64,000 nucleotides of DNA from assembly GCA_029248105.1 (NCBI GenBank), contig JAQWJZ010000027.1, positions 6,724-70,723 of the forward strand, in the 5' to 3' direction. How positions within the stretch are numbered: the first letter of the stretch is position 1; each line of letters starts with the position of its first letter. Position numbers and translations under genes: made by a program. Positions 51,740 through 62,429 of the stretch are shown here, one piece after another. This DNA is from Flavobacteriales bacterium. Lineage in GTDB: Bacteria > Bacteroidota > Bacteroidia > Flavobacteriales > UBA7312. The notes beneath the pieces are model-generated. The model had not been told where the DNA came from. It saw only the letters and a program-made list of their open reading frames with translations, and did no database searches.

Positions 51740-52635
51740 GCTATTTTTTCTCCTACTCTTAATTTCGCGCTTCTTGAGCGAGGGTTTCCGTCAATTTCTT
51801 CTTGAGATGCGGTAATGGGCTTTCTGTTTATGGACTTAAGAGTCAAGTTCGGAACACCGTATAAATCCTTTTCTATTTCTCCTTCAAAATTTCCTGATTT
51901 AATGAGGTTTTTGACTAACCTATCTTCTAGCGAGTGGTAAGATATAACAGACAGTCTCCCCCCTTTTTTAAGCAAATCAACAGATTGAATTAACATCTCT
52001 TTCAGCGCATTTATTTCGTCGTTTACTTCTATGCGAATTGCTTGAAACAGTTGAGCTAAAATTTTATTTTTCTTGTGAGGTGGAACATGATTTTTAACCG
52101 CTTCTTTTAAATCTTCCGTGGTTTCAATTTCTTTTTCTTCTCGAAAACTTACAATAGATTTTGCTAGAGAATAGGCATTATTCAACTCTCCAAATTGTCT
52201 GAAAATTCTACTTAAATCATTAACATCATATTCATTGACTATGGTCTTGGCAGAAGTGTTTTGCTGCCTATTCATTCGCATATCCAGCTCTCCTTCTTCA
52301 CGTATAGAAAATCCACGTTCAGCAGTATCGAACTGATGAGAAGACACTCCCAAATCCGCAAGAATGCCATCAACTTCGTTAATGCCCTCTAGTCGTAACC
52401 ATTTTTTAATAAATCTAAAATTCTGAGCAATCAAGACTAATCGATTATCCTCAATACGATTTTGCTGCGCATCGCTATCTTGATCGAAAGCAAATAGCTT
52501 ACCATTTTCTAATTGGTCTAAGATTGATTTTGAATGTCCGCCACCGCCGAAGGTGACATCTACATAAGTGCCGTTGGGGTCAATGGAAAGGCCAGCTATT
52601 GATTCGTCTAATAAAACTGCCTTGTGATATGCCAT
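51736..52635 (-). CDS. rsmH: 16S rRNA (cytosine1402-N4)-methyltransferase
   Basis: YHKAVLL.E, DVTFGGGGHS, DLGVSS.Q.D and SYHSLEDR. Confidence 0.95.
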   Translation of the reverse strand: MAYHKAVLLDESIAGLSIDPNGTYVDVTFGGGGHSKSILDQLENGKLFAFDQDSDAQQNRIEDNRLVLIAQNFRFIKKWLRLEGINEVDGILADLGVSSHQFDTAERGFSIREEGELDMRMNRQQNTSAKTIVNEYDVNDLSRIFRQFGELNNAYSLAKSIVSFREEKEIETTEDLKEAVKNHVPPHKKNKILAQLFQAIRIEVNDEINALKEMLIQSVDLLKKGGRLSVISYHSLEDRLVKNLIKSGNFEGEIEKDLYGVPNLTLKSINRKPITASQEEIDGNPRSRSAKLRVGEKIA

Positions 52636-53096
52636 TAGTCTTCGTTTTGAATGTTGCCCATTACTTCTTCTGCTAAATCTGCAAAGTCAGATGTTGCATC
52701 TTTGAGGACTTGCTCGTAGCGGTCTTTATCCCATACTTCTATCATATTTACCGAACAAGAAATGACTACATTTTTAGAAATATTGGCAAATGCTATAAGG
52801 TCTTTTGGAATTTGTAGTCGAGCATTTGAATCTGTTTCCAACATCTTAACACCAGCAGTAAACAAGCGAATGAAGTCATTATTTTTCTTTACAAATCGAT
52901 TTAACTTATTGACCTCGGCCATCAGAACATTCCACTCACTCATGGGGTGAATCTCTAGACAATTGCTAAACACAGAGCGCTTGAGCACAAAGCCTTCGCC
53001 TATTATCGGCGATAGCTGCTTCTTCAATACCGCAGGAAGCATCAATCTCCCTTTAGCATCAATCTTGCATTCGTATGTTCCAATTAGGTTAATCAT
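52635..53096 (-). CDS. mraZ: division/cell wall cluster transcriptional regulator MraZ
   Basis: Duplicated SpoVT-AbrB halves with D.KGR..LPA.. and D...RL.IP..L. It is the first gene of the dcw cluster. Confidence 0.93.
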   Translation of the reverse strand: MINLIGTYECKIDAKGRLMLPAVLKKQLSPIIGEGFVLKRSVFSNCLEIHPMSEWNVLMAEVNKLNRFVKKNNDFIRLFTAGVKMLETDSNARLQIPKDLIAFANISKNVVISCSVNMIEVWDKDRYEQVLKDATSDFADLAEEVMGNIQNED

Positions 53097-53135
53097 CTAA
53101 ATCGTATGTAAGCTGTAAATATATGGAATTTTGCT

Positions 53136-53165
53136 CCACATTTTACCACATTTTACCACATTGTT
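53136..53165 (-). promoter_or_regulatory. putative MraZ operator: three direct 10-bp repeats (AATGTGG core)
   Basis: The minus strand reads ACAATGTGGTAAAATGTGGTAAAATGTGGAGC. The GTGG cores have exact 10-bp periodicity and lie 40-70 nt upstream of the mraZ ATG. A near-consensus -7 box, TATATTTA, sits at 53116-53123. Confidence 0.7.
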
Positions 53166-53270
53166 GATAACTCTTCACACTTTTATCTAAAAAACCTGTT
53201 TTCATCTGATTGCAATCTATTTGGTTGAGGGTATTATTTTTTGCGTATTTTTGTGCAAAATTTAATCTGG

Positions 53271-54035
53271 ATGATTTTAGAAACGATTAAAGAAGGTGGC
53301 TATGAATATGTGGAAGTTGGTGAAGGCCCTGTAATTGTTTTACTTCATGGTTTAATGGGAGGCTTGGACAATTTTGAGAGTGTCATTCCTAAACTCGTTG
53401 ATAGCGGATACAAGGTTATTGGACCGGTATTGCCTCTATTTGAAAAGCCTATTCTTAAAACAAGTATCAAGCATTTTTCGGACTACGTTTATACGTTTTT
53501 AAAGCATAAACAAATTGACAATGTTTCTTTGTTTGGAAACTCTTTAGGCGGTCATATTTCTTTGGTGTTTGCAAAAGATCATCCTGAGATAGTCAACGGC
53601 TTAGTACTTACAGGATCTTCTGGTCTTTACGAAAACTCTATGGGCGATACTTTTCCTAGAAGAGGTGACTATGACTATATCCGAACTAAAACTGAGGAAG
53701 TCTTCTATGATCCAAAAATGGCGACCAAAAGCTTGGTCGATACGGTCTTTGAAATCGCAAACAATAGAAATTCTGTCATTCGTTTATTGACTATGGCGAA
53801 GTCAGCCATTCGTCACAATATGAGTAAAGACATTCCGCACTTAGACTTTCCGGTTTGCCTAATATGGGGTAAGCAAGACAACGTTACACCACCTCATGTA
53901 GCTGAAGAGTTTCATAGTCTTTTCCAACGCTCAGACCTTTATTGGATAGACAAGTGCGGACACTCTCCAATGTGGGAACATCCCGAAGAATTTTCTAAAA
54001 TTCTTTGCAATTGGCTAAAGACCAATATCAAATAA
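53271..54035 (+). CDS. alpha/beta hydrolase
   Basis: VLLHG oxyanion region, nucleophile elbow GNSLGG and a C-terminal CGH. I prefer the ATG at 53271. Confidence 0.8.
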   Translation: MILETIKEGGYEYVEVGEGPVIVLLHGLMGGLDNFESVIPKLVDSGYKVIGPVLPLFEKPILKTSIKHFSDYVYTFLKHKQIDNVSLFGNSLGGHISLVFAKDHPEIVNGLVLTGSSGLYENSMGDTFPRRGDYDYIRTKTEEVFYDPKMATKSLVDTVFEIANNRNSVIRLLTMAKSAIRHNMSKDIPHLDFPVCLIWGKQDNVTPPHVAEEFHSLFQRSDLYWIDKCGHSPMWEHPEEFSKILCNWLKTNIK

Positions 54036-54043
54036 AATTTCAC

Positions 54044-54643
54044 ATGCGCATCAAACAAGCTGAGTTTGTAATCAGTAACACGGACATTAAAAAATGCCCT
54101 AAAGCAGATATGCCAGAGTATGCCTTTATTGGACGTTCAAATGTGGGCAAGTCTTCATTAATCAACATGCTTACTGAAAGAAAAAGCTTAGCTAAAGTTT
54201 CGGGCAAACCAGGAAAAACACAACTTATTAATCACTTTCTGATAAATAAGCTTTGGTACTTAGTAGATTTGCCAGGATATGGCTATGCAAGTGTATCAAA
54301 GACGCAACGCCATGAGTTCTCTCAATTTATTAAAGAATACTTATTGAAAAGGGAAAGCCTGATGTGCTTGTTTGTACTATTAGACTCTAGGCTCAAGCCC
54401 CAAGCCATCGATTTGGAGTTTATGCAATGGCTAGGTGAAAATGGCATACCTTTTGTTATTTGCTTCACTAAGCAAGACAAGCTTTCTAAAAAAGAAAGTG
54501 CCGAAAATCTGAACCATTATAAAAAAGAATTATTAAAAAACTGGGAAGAATTACCTCAGATATTTTTAAGCTCTGCAACCAAAAAAAGTGGTCAAGAAGA
54601 AATTCTAAACTTTATTGGCGAAACCAACAAATTATACGTTTAG
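54044..54643 (+). CDS. engB: ribosome biogenesis GTP-binding protein YihA/EngB
   Basis: G1 [10 protein letters not shown]3 DLPGYGYA and G4 TKQDK. I prefer the ATG at 54044. Confidence 0.9.
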   Translation: MRIKQAEFVISNTDIKKCPKADMPEYAFIGRSNVGKSSLINMLTERKSLAKVSGKPGKTQLINHFLINKLWYLVDLPGYGYASVSKTQRHEFSQFIKEYLLKRESLMCLFVLLDSRLKPQAIDLEFMQWLGENGIPFVICFTKQDKLSKKESAENLNHYKKELLKNWEELPQIFLSSATKKSGQEEILNFIGETNKLYV

Positions 54644-54966
54644 CGAAGTAATTTTTCGGCAAAGTGATGACAAAAATCACGCATATCAGCAGCCATTTTG
54701 TCTTCATTTGTTGCTCTTTCCAAAGTATCAGCCATAGAAACTAAAGTTTGATGAAAAAAATGTTTCATTTCGTCGGTACGCATTTCTTTAGTCCACAAAT
54801 CTATACGTAATGTGTCTTTAGATTTGTTGTCCCAGAAAGATAAAAAAGCGGCTTTACACTCGCTTAATTCTTGTCCACCGTCAGATGCTTCCCAAAATAA
54901 TTTTTCGGGAATATTATTGTCATCTAACTCTACATTGATTCTTATTTGAGATTCTTTTGCACTCAT
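54640..54966 (-). CDS. gldC: gliding motility protein GldC
   Basis: 108 aa. It lies directly downstream of gldB, which is the conserved Flavobacteriia pair. The sequence I.I.V.LD..N.PEKL.W.A is typical. Confidence 0.75.
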   Translation of the reverse strand: MSAKESQIRINVELDDNNIPEKLFWEASDGGQELSECKAAFLSFWDNKSKDTLRIDLWTKEMRTDEMKHFFHQTLVSMADTLERATNEDKMAADMRDFCHHFAEKLLR

Positions 54967-55934
54967 TATGGTTTGTATTTAGAATTATTTAAGATGTATT
55001 GAGCATCTTGAATTTGAAACAACTGTTCAATAGTAACTTTAGGATTGTTTTGCATAAACTCATCAACGATGTTCCACCCAATCCATAAAGACACCTGGCC
55101 CGGAGACTCTAAGGGCATGCCTTTAGAATATGGAGCAGGATTCATATATTTAGCTATGATTGACTGATCGTTAGAATATAACAAACCCTCTTCAATTAGG
55201 AATTTCCAAATGGAAAATTCACTACCCTCACTCCATTCCATTTGTTGCTCTGTAAAACCCATTATTATATGAGGTGGGGCATCGACTAAAAATTCGTTCA
55301 AGGCATATTTTATTTTCCCATAATGAATCATTTGAGATAAAAAGTTATCAAATTGAACTGGGAACTCTGCTTTTAACCAACCATTTACAGCTACACTAGC
55401 AAGGTAATCAGACTGAAATTGCTGGTGCATATACTTTGGGAACTTATGTATGATATTAGAATAATGAGCGTCATTGCCTAAGAACATTTCTAAGCCAATA
55501 GCTAAGGTGCTATCTGTTGCAATAGCGACATAATTGAAACCACCAAAAAAGGTTACAATTACAGGAACTACTTTGTTAGGGAAAGCGTTGTGGTAATGAT
55601 AGTAAGCTCTAGACAATTCTTTTTCATATGGCTTAAAATCGGCATAAACTTGAACGACCTCTTTGAAAGGTTTAGCAAAATCTTTTTCTTCTTGAAATGC
55701 TTGTAGTGAATCTGAAAAAGCCTCTTCTGAAAGAGGTATAATGTTTTGGGTATAAATTTCCCAGAAATAGCCGTATTCATCCGCATAATCAGAATAAATT
55801 GCTGTTTGCGGATCAACACTATAAATACTATCCAAACGTTTTACTTCAACCTCAAAATTAGATGACTCATCGCCTATACAGGCAAACAATTGAAAAATTA
55901 AAATAAAGAGGAAATAATAGGCCGTCTTTTTCAT
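54966..55934 (-). CDS. gldB: gliding motility lipoprotein GldB
   Basis: Lipoprotein signal IFQLFAC. It is 322 aa, lies upstream of gldC and is divergent from nadE, as in described Flavobacterium loci. Confidence 0.75.
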   Translation of the reverse strand: MKKTAYYFLFILIFQLFACIGDESSNFEVEVKRLDSIYSVDPQTAIYSDYADEYGYFWEIYTQNIIPLSEEAFSDSLQAFQEEKDFAKPFKEVVQVYADFKPYEKELSRAYYHYHNAFPNKVVPVIVTFFGGFNYVAIATDSTLAIGLEMFLGNDAHYSNIIHKFPKYMHQQFQSDYLASVAVNGWLKAEFPVQFDNFLSQMIHYGKIKYALNEFLVDAPPHIIMGFTEQQMEWSEGSEFSIWKFLIEEGLLYSNDQSIIAKYMNPAPYSKGMPLESPGQVSLWIGWNIVDEFMQNNPKVTIEQLFQIQDAQYILNNSKYKP

Positions 55935-55969
55935 GCTGTAAAATTACGATTTATTACCTTTGTACTGCT

Positions 55970-56749
55970 ATGCAAACAAAAGAATGCGTTGAACATATTT
56001 GCCAATGGTTGTCTGACTACCTTAACAATTCAAAAACAAAAGGCTTTGTGGTTGGTATTTCGGGAGGCATTGACTCAGCAGTAACCTCTACTTTAGCTGC
56101 TAAAACAGGTCAAAAAGTACTGTGCTTAGAGATGCCCATTCATCAAGAAAGCAATCAAGTTAATAGAGCGAAAGAACATATACAGTGGCTCAAAAATAAT
56201 TTCAAAAATGTTGACTCTATTTGTGTAAACCTAGATCATACCTATAATAGATTTGTGCAAACTATCAGCAATGAAACTAATAGCAACAATCATGAAATGG
56301 CTTTAGTAAATTCAAGAGCTAGACTTCGAATGACAACTCTTTATTATTATGCTCAACTTAACAATTACTTAGTTGTTGGCACAGGCAACAAAGTAGAAGA
56401 TTTTGGCATTGGTTTTTATACTAAATACGGTGATGGAGGAGTAGATTTAAGTCCTATTGCGGATTTACTAAAATCTGAAGTCTTTGAAATCGGCAAAGAA
56501 CTTGGCGTAACAAACTCTATTCTTACAGCTGCACCTACTGATGGCTTATGGGGAGACGACAGAACAGACGAGGATCAGATTGGCGCGAGCTATCCTGAAT
56601 TAGAATGGGCGATGAGCTACGATGGAAATGACCACAATCTGAATAAACGACAACAAGAGGTCTTAGATATTTATAAGTCCCTAAATAAAGCCAATAAACA
56701 TAAGATGATACCGATTCCTATTTGTAAAATCCCTAATCATTTGAAATGA
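55970..56749 (+). CDS. nadE: NH3-dependent NAD+ synthetase
   Basis: PP-loop motif GISGGIDSAV, plus later G.....K.YGDGG.D..PI. Confidence 0.92.
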   Translation: MQTKECVEHICQWLSDYLNNSKTKGFVVGISGGIDSAVTSTLAAKTGQKVLCLEMPIHQESNQVNRAKEHIQWLKNNFKNVDSICVNLDHTYNRFVQTISNETNSNNHEMALVNSRARLRMTTLYYYAQLNNYLVVGTGNKVEDFGIGFYTKYGDGGVDLSPIADLLKSEVFEIGKELGVTNSILTAAPTDGLWGDDRTDEDQIGASYPELEWAMSYDGNDHNLNKRQQEVLDIYKSLNKANKHKMIPIPICKIPNHLK

Positions 56750-56779
56750 TGAAATAGATTCCTTAAAAGCCTCCTTCAA

Positions 56780-59341
56780 ATGAAAAAACACCAAATCAAA
56801 TCCTCTATAATTGTACTTCTATTTTTTGGAATTAGCATTTTTCAGCTTAAAGCACAAACAACCAAAGTAAAAGGCAAAGTGACAGATGAGTCAAATGCCC
56901 CTATGCCATTCGTGAACATCAATTTTATCAACTCTAACATAGGTACAACAACCGACTTCGATGGTGTATATTCCTTAGAAACAAAATAGGCGACAGATAG
57001 TTTGTCAGCCTCTTTTTTAGGTTACCAAAAAGACGTCCGAAAAATCACTAAGAATAAAAGTCAGACTATCCATTTCAAATTAAAAACTTCTTCTGTTAAA
57101 ATTAATACGGTCAATATATTAGAAAAGAAAAAAGCAAAGTATAAAAACGAAAGCAGCCCTGCGGTGTCATTGATTAGAAAGATCATAGAACACAAAGACA
57201 ACAACCACGAACAGACCTTGAGTTATTACGAATACGACAAATACGAAAAGGTAGAATTTGATTTGAACAATTTTTCTGAAAAAATCGTTGACAATAAACT
57301 AACCAAAAACTTTCAATTTGTATTTGAAAGTTATGTGGATACGTCAGAAATAAACGGCAAACCATTTATCCCGTTTTTCATAAGAGAAAATATTTCAAAA
57401 GTGTATTACAGAAAAAACCCAGATAGTCAAAAAGAGTATATACTAGGTACAAAAATGAGAGGTCACCTAAACCGATTGGATAGTGATGGCATTGGTCATT
57501 TCATGAAAAAACTGTATTCAGACATTAATATTTACGACAATCAGATTATACTTTTTGGCAATCATTTTCCTAGCCCTATAAATTCAATAGCCCCCAACAT
57601 CTATAAATTCTTCATTATTGACACATTGGCTGTCGATGGTATAGACTGCATTAATTTAGGGTTTTCTCCTCGTTCAAAATCTGATTTTGCCTTTACGGGC
57701 AATTTATTCATTTTAAACGATGGCACTTTTGCTATTCGTAAAGTAGAAATGGGCATTAATAAAAACATAAATCTAAACTTTGTAAATGACCTCCGTATTC
57801 AACAGGACTATACAAAAGTGGATAAAAAGAAGTGGCTACTAAAGAGAGATAACATATTTATAGATTATAGCTTTTCAGAAAAACAAACGGGCATATTGGG
57901 CAAAAAGACCGTTTCTTGTCAAAACTATATTATTGATAAAGCTAGACATGACTCTATCTATTCAGCAAAGGGACATGTAATTAGGCTAAACGATAAACTA
58001 GCAACTAACGCTTATTGGGAGCAAAACAGGCACGAAAAACTCAACGAGAATGAAGAAGGCATCTACACTATGATAGATAGCATTCAAAACATAAGAACAT
58101 TTAAAATTATTTCTGAAGCTGCTTCGATTCTCACTTCAGGCTGGATTGATTGCAATTGGTATGAACTAGGAACCGTGGCAACTTTCGTGAGCTGGAATGA
58201 AATAGAAGGATTAAAACTAAGAATAGGTGGTAGAACAACCACTAAATTCAACGAGAAATTTCAGCTAAAAGGTCATATTGCAATAGGCTTGGGCGATTTA
58301 AGAATTAAGTACCTAAGCGGCATAAATTATTCGTTAAATGACAATTATCTAAAAAATCCACAACACCAATTTTACGCCTCGTTATCAAGGAGGACTTTGT
58401 TCCCTGGTCAATTTTTAGAAAAATTAGACCACGACAATTTCTTACTTTCCTTTAACCCTGGTATTTCTGATAAGATGTTACTTATTCATAAATTTAAATT
58501 GGGATATTTAAACGAGTTTTCAAGTGGATTTTCGTTTGATTTGAAATACGAAAACAAGCGGTTGAAGCCCTTAGGAAATTTATCTTTTGAAAATGGTTTT
58601 GGGCATAAAGATTACCATATCAATACTGATGAATTTTCCGTAAAACTAAGGTACGCTCCAAACGAAAAGTTTTATCAAACGAAAAATGGTAGGCAAAGGA
58701 TAACAAATAAACACCCTGTCTTTGTTCTTAAGCATACGATTGGCTTGGAGGGGTTTTTTAATGGGGAACACGATTTTTCAAAATCTACTTTTGAAATTAT
58801 CAAAAGAGTATATGTTCCTCTTATGGGGCATTCCGACATGAACGTAGAGTTTGGCAAATTTTGGGGCAAGGCTCCTTTCCCTTTGCTACAAATACCTATT
58901 GCCAATCAATCTCTAGGCTATCAGAAGGAAGCCTTCAACACCATGAACTTTATGGAGTTTGTCAACGATGAATATCTGAGTGTTAAGTGGACTCATTTTT
59001 TCAAAGGAGCCATTTTCAACAAATTGCCTTTACTCAAAAATTTAAAGGTTAGGGAAGTCGTTGGCATTAAGGCCATAATGGGAAGACTAACAGACGTCAA
59101 CAATCCAGAAATTGATAAATATCTCCTTAAGCTACCCACTGATTTGGATGGCAATCCCACTACACATATACTTAATGAAACACCTTATATTGAAGCGAGT
59201 GTAGGGGTAACTAATATTCTTAAATTCTTACGTGTCGATTTAGTTAAAAGACTAAATTATCTCGATGAAAAATACGAGGTAGCTTCTCTTTTTGGACAAA
59301 GGGGTTTGGGGTTACGCTTCAGTGCTAAATTCGATTTTTAA
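56780..59341 (+). pseudogene. DUF5686 + CarboxypepD_reg-like domain protein interrupted by one in-frame TAG (56987-56989)
   Basis: Track ORFs 56780..56989 and 57002..59341 are in the same frame. The read-through text ...DFDGVYSLETK*ATDSLSASFLGYQK... runs continuously through a single CarboxypepD_reg-like beta-sandwich. The signal peptide exists only on the 69-aa upstream piece. Confidence 0.7.
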
Positions 59342-60339
59342 TCGATGGTCCAAGTATTTGACCCTTTAAGCAAGTCGTCTAAATTACCTTTGCCTTTTTG
59401 TTCGGTAGCAGTATCAATTTGTTGTACTAAAGCATCTTCGTAGGTGTGTCTATCTTCAGAGTAAAAAACACCAAAAGGACGAGGGAACTCTGCATCAAAA
59501 AAACGGGTGAGCAAGCCTGCTTTAACTCTATCTTTTTCATCGTGAACCCAAAGGTCTTCAACTGAACAATCAGCTAATGAAACAATAACAGGCTTAAAAC
59601 CGTCTAGACGAATTCCTTTTTCTTTATTTTCTCCGAATAATAAAGGCTGTCCATGTTCCAAGAATAAAGTTTGATTCATTTTGGTGGCTTTATCAGTCAT
59701 TCCAAAAAAGGCCCCATCATTGAAAACATTACAATTTTGATATATTTCTAGCAAAGATGTTCCCTTATGGTCGTTGGAACGTTTGAGCATTTCTCGCATA
59801 TGCTTAGGGTCTCTATCCATAGTTCGAGCTATGAAAGTAGCATCGGCTCCCATACACAACGCTAATGGATTAAAAGGATGGTCAATAGAACCCATTGGAG
59901 TAGATTTAGTCTTTTTACCCTGTTCTGAGGTGGGCGAATACTGACCTTTAGTCAATCCATAAATCTGATTATTAAATAACAGAACGTTAGTATCGAAATT
60001 CCTTCTCAAAAGATGAATCAAATGATTACCTCCAATAGATAATGAATCGCCATCGCCTGTGATTATCCAGACACTTAAATCTGGTCGTGCTGCTTTGAGC
60101 CCACTAGCTATAGCTGTTGCTCTACCATGAATAGAGTGCATACCATAAGTTTCCATATAATAAGGGAAACGAGAAGAGCATCCAATTCCTGAAATAAAAA
60201 CGATATCTTCTTTAGGCACATTGATTTCTGGCATTACCGACTGTACTTGTTTAAGTATAGAATAATCACCACAACCAGGACACCAACGTACCTCTTGGTC
60301 AGAAGAAAAATCTTTAGCTGTATATACCTTATTCTCCAT
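59338..60339 (-). CDS. korB: 2-oxoglutarate/2-oxoacid:ferredoxin oxidoreductase beta subunit
   Basis: [11 protein letters not shown] and the TPP-binding GDGD...IGGNH. I prefer the ATG at 60339 ([11 protein letters not shown]). Confidence 0.88.
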   Translation of the reverse strand: MENKVYTAKDFSSDQEVRWCPGCGDYSILKQVQSVMPEINVPKEDIVFISGIGCSSRFPYYMETYGMHSIHGRATAIASGLKAARPDLSVWIITGDGDSLSIGGNHLIHLLRRNFDTNVLLFNNQIYGLTKGQYSPTSEQGKKTKSTPMGSIDHPFNPLALCMGADATFIARTMDRDPKHMREMLKRSNDHKGTSLLEIYQNCNVFNDGAFFGMTDKATKMNQTLFLEHGQPLLFGENKEKGIRLDGFKPVIVSLADCSVEDLWVHDEKDRVKAGLLTRFFDAEFPRPFGVFYSEDRHTYEDALVQQIDTATEQKGKGNLDDLLKGSNTWTID

Positions 60340-62167
60340 CGTGCAATTCAATAATTCGGTTCTTAATTTCTCTAGCTTCAAATGGTATTCCTTGAATCTT
60401 ATTCATAGGGATAGCATCAATAAGGTATTTATCACGAATCAGTTTTATCAATTGACCATCATTTATTTCTGGCATCAATACCTTATCGTAGGATTGGATT
60501 AGAGTTTCTAGGTTTTTAGGAAATGGATTGATATAGCGTAAGTGAGCATGTGCTACCGAATAGCCTTCGGACAACAATTCTTTAACAGCTGTCTTTATAG
60601 CACCATAGGTTGAACCCCATGCTAAAACTAATACTTTGGCATTCTCTTTTCCAGCATCTAATTCTTGATTTGGAATGAAGTCAGCTATGCGTTCTACTTT
60701 TTGAGCTCTAGTTTTGACCATAAACTCATGGTTATTGGAGTCGTAAGAAACATTTCCTGTTTCAGCTTCTTTCTCCAAGCCACCAACTCTATGTTCTAAT
60801 CCTGACATGCCAGGAATTGCCCATTCTCTAACTAATTTATGGTCTCTTTTGTAAGGGAAATAGTCGGCACTTTCTTTTTTGGTAATGGGTACGCTAATCG
60901 GTTTTAAATCTTTAGACTGAGGGAACAACCAGGGCTCTGCGCCATTGGCAATATATCCGTCAGATAAGAAGAAAACAGGTGTCATGTGTTCAATAGCAAT
61001 ACGACAGGCTTCAAGTGTTGCCTCAAAGCAATCAGATGGCGTACTTGCTGACACAATTGGCACAGGGGCTTCGCCATTTCTACCATACATAGCCTGAAGC
61101 AAATCGGCTTGTTCTGTTTTTGTGGGCAATCCTGTTGATGGTCCACCCCTTTGAACATTGACAATAACAAGTGGTAGCTCTAACATAAATGCTAATCCTA
61201 TGGCTTCACCTTTTAAAGCTACACCAGGTCCTGAAGTTGCAGTAACACCCAATGCGCCACCAAAAGAAGCTCCTATACTTGCACTGACAGCTGCAATTTC
61301 ATCTTCTGCTTGAAAAGAACGCACACCAAAATTTTTGTGCTTGGCTAACTCGTGTAAAATATCCGATGCGGGTGTTATAGGATAAGAACCATAAAATAGA
61401 TTTAATCCTGACTGTTGAGAAGCCGCAATGAGTCCCATAGCTGTGGCCTGATTTCCCATTATATTACGATAAGTGCCTGAAGGCATCTTGGCCGGTTTAA
61501 CCTCAAATCGACTACTTGAAATCTCACAAGTATTAGCAAAGTTATACCCCGCTTTTAACACTTTAGTATTAGCCTCTGAAACCTCAGGCTTACTTTTAAA
61601 TTTCTGCTTTAGAAAATCTATGGTATGATCTAGCGAACGGTTATACATCCAATAGACAAAGCCGAGAACGAACATATTTTTGCAACGGTCTTTTTCTTTA
61701 ACACCTAATGTAACGTCAACCAAACATTCACGTGTCAATTTGGTCACGTTCATTTCACTCACTCTATAATCAACAAGTGAATTATCTGTTAATGGGTTTT
61801 CATCATCAGCAAAACCAGCAAGTCTTAAATTACGTTTATCAAAACCGTCTGTGTTTAGAATAATTGCTCCACCCTTTTTCAATCGCTTAAGATTGGCTTT
61901 TAGAGCAGCTACGTTCATGACTACCAACACATCGCATTCGTCACCAGGCGTAAATATCTCGGTGCTACCAAATGAAATTTGAAAACCTGAAACACCAGCT
62001 AGTGTACCTTGTGGCGCACGTATTTCGGCAGGAAAATCAGGAAATGTACTGAGGTCGTTACCATATAAGGCTGCTGTATTCGTAAACTGTGAGCCTGTTA
62101 ATTGAATACCATCTCCCGAATCACCAGCGAAGAAAATAACTACTTTTTCTACTGTTTCTTGAGTCAT
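60329..62167 (-). CDS. korA: 2-oxoglutarate/2-oxoacid:ferredoxin oxidoreductase alpha subunit
   Basis: 612 aa, with a gamma-like N-terminal domain fused to the alpha domain (YPITPAS.I). It is paired with korB. Confidence 0.88.
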   Translation of the reverse strand: MTQETVEKVVIFFAGDSGDGIQLTGSQFTNTAALYGNDLSTFPDFPAEIRAPQGTLAGVSGFQISFGSTEIFTPGDECDVLVVMNVAALKANLKRLKKGGAIILNTDGFDKRNLRLAGFADDENPLTDNSLVDYRVSEMNVTKLTRECLVDVTLGVKEKDRCKNMFVLGFVYWMYNRSLDHTIDFLKQKFKSKPEVSEANTKVLKAGYNFANTCEISSSRFEVKPAKMPSGTYRNIMGNQATAMGLIAASQQSGLNLFYGSYPITPASDILHELAKHKNFGVRSFQAEDEIAAVSASIGASFGGALGVTATSGPGVALKGEAIGLAFMLELPLVIVNVQRGGPSTGLPTKTEQADLLQAMYGRNGEAPVPIVSASTPSDCFEATLEACRIAIEHMTPVFFLSDGYIANGAEPWLFPQSKDLKPISVPITKKESADYFPYKRDHKLVREWAIPGMSGLEHRVGGLEKEAETGNVSYDSNNHEFMVKTRAQKVERIADFIPNQELDAGKENAKVLVLAWGSTYGAIKTAVKELLSEGYSVAHAHLRYINPFPKNLETLIQSYDKVLMPEINDGQLIKLIRDKYLIDAIPMNKIQGIPFEAREIKNRIIELHDGE

Positions 62168-62427
62168 TAATCTTCTAATTTATCAATATCAACTACTTTT
62201 TGAACTTCAGGCAAAACCTTTTTAATAGCCTGTTCAACACCTGCTTTGAGTGTCATCATACTAACATGACAATCACTACATGCGCCAAGTAATTTTACTT
62301 TTACTATATAATCGTCGGTAACCTCAATAAGTCGAATATCGCCGCCGTCAGATTCTAAAAAAGGACGTACTTGAGCTAAGGCTTCTTCTATTTTATTAAT
62401 TACTGTTGAATCTGTTATAATTCCCAT
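62167..62427 (-). CDS. NifU-like (Nfu C-terminal domain) Fe-S cluster protein
   Basis: IRPFLESDGGDI.L......VKVKL.GAC..C..S..TLK.GVE is the Nfu CxxC scaffold motif. I prefer the ATG at 62427 over 62445. Confidence 0.85.
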   Translation of the reverse strand: MGIITDSTVINKIEEALAQVRPFLESDGGDIRLIEVTDDYIVKVKLLGACSDCHVSMMTLKAGVEQAIKKVLPEVQKVVDIDKLED

Positions 62428-62429
62428 TT

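Noticed and set aside
41661-53096. Absence of murF and ddl from the dcw cluster, and gatB/yqeY right after ftsZ.
   Set aside because: This gene order (mraZ-rsmH-ftsL-ftsI-murE-mraY-murD-ftsW-murG-murC-ftsQ-ftsA-ftsZ) is the usual Bacteroidota arrangement. It is not a deletion.
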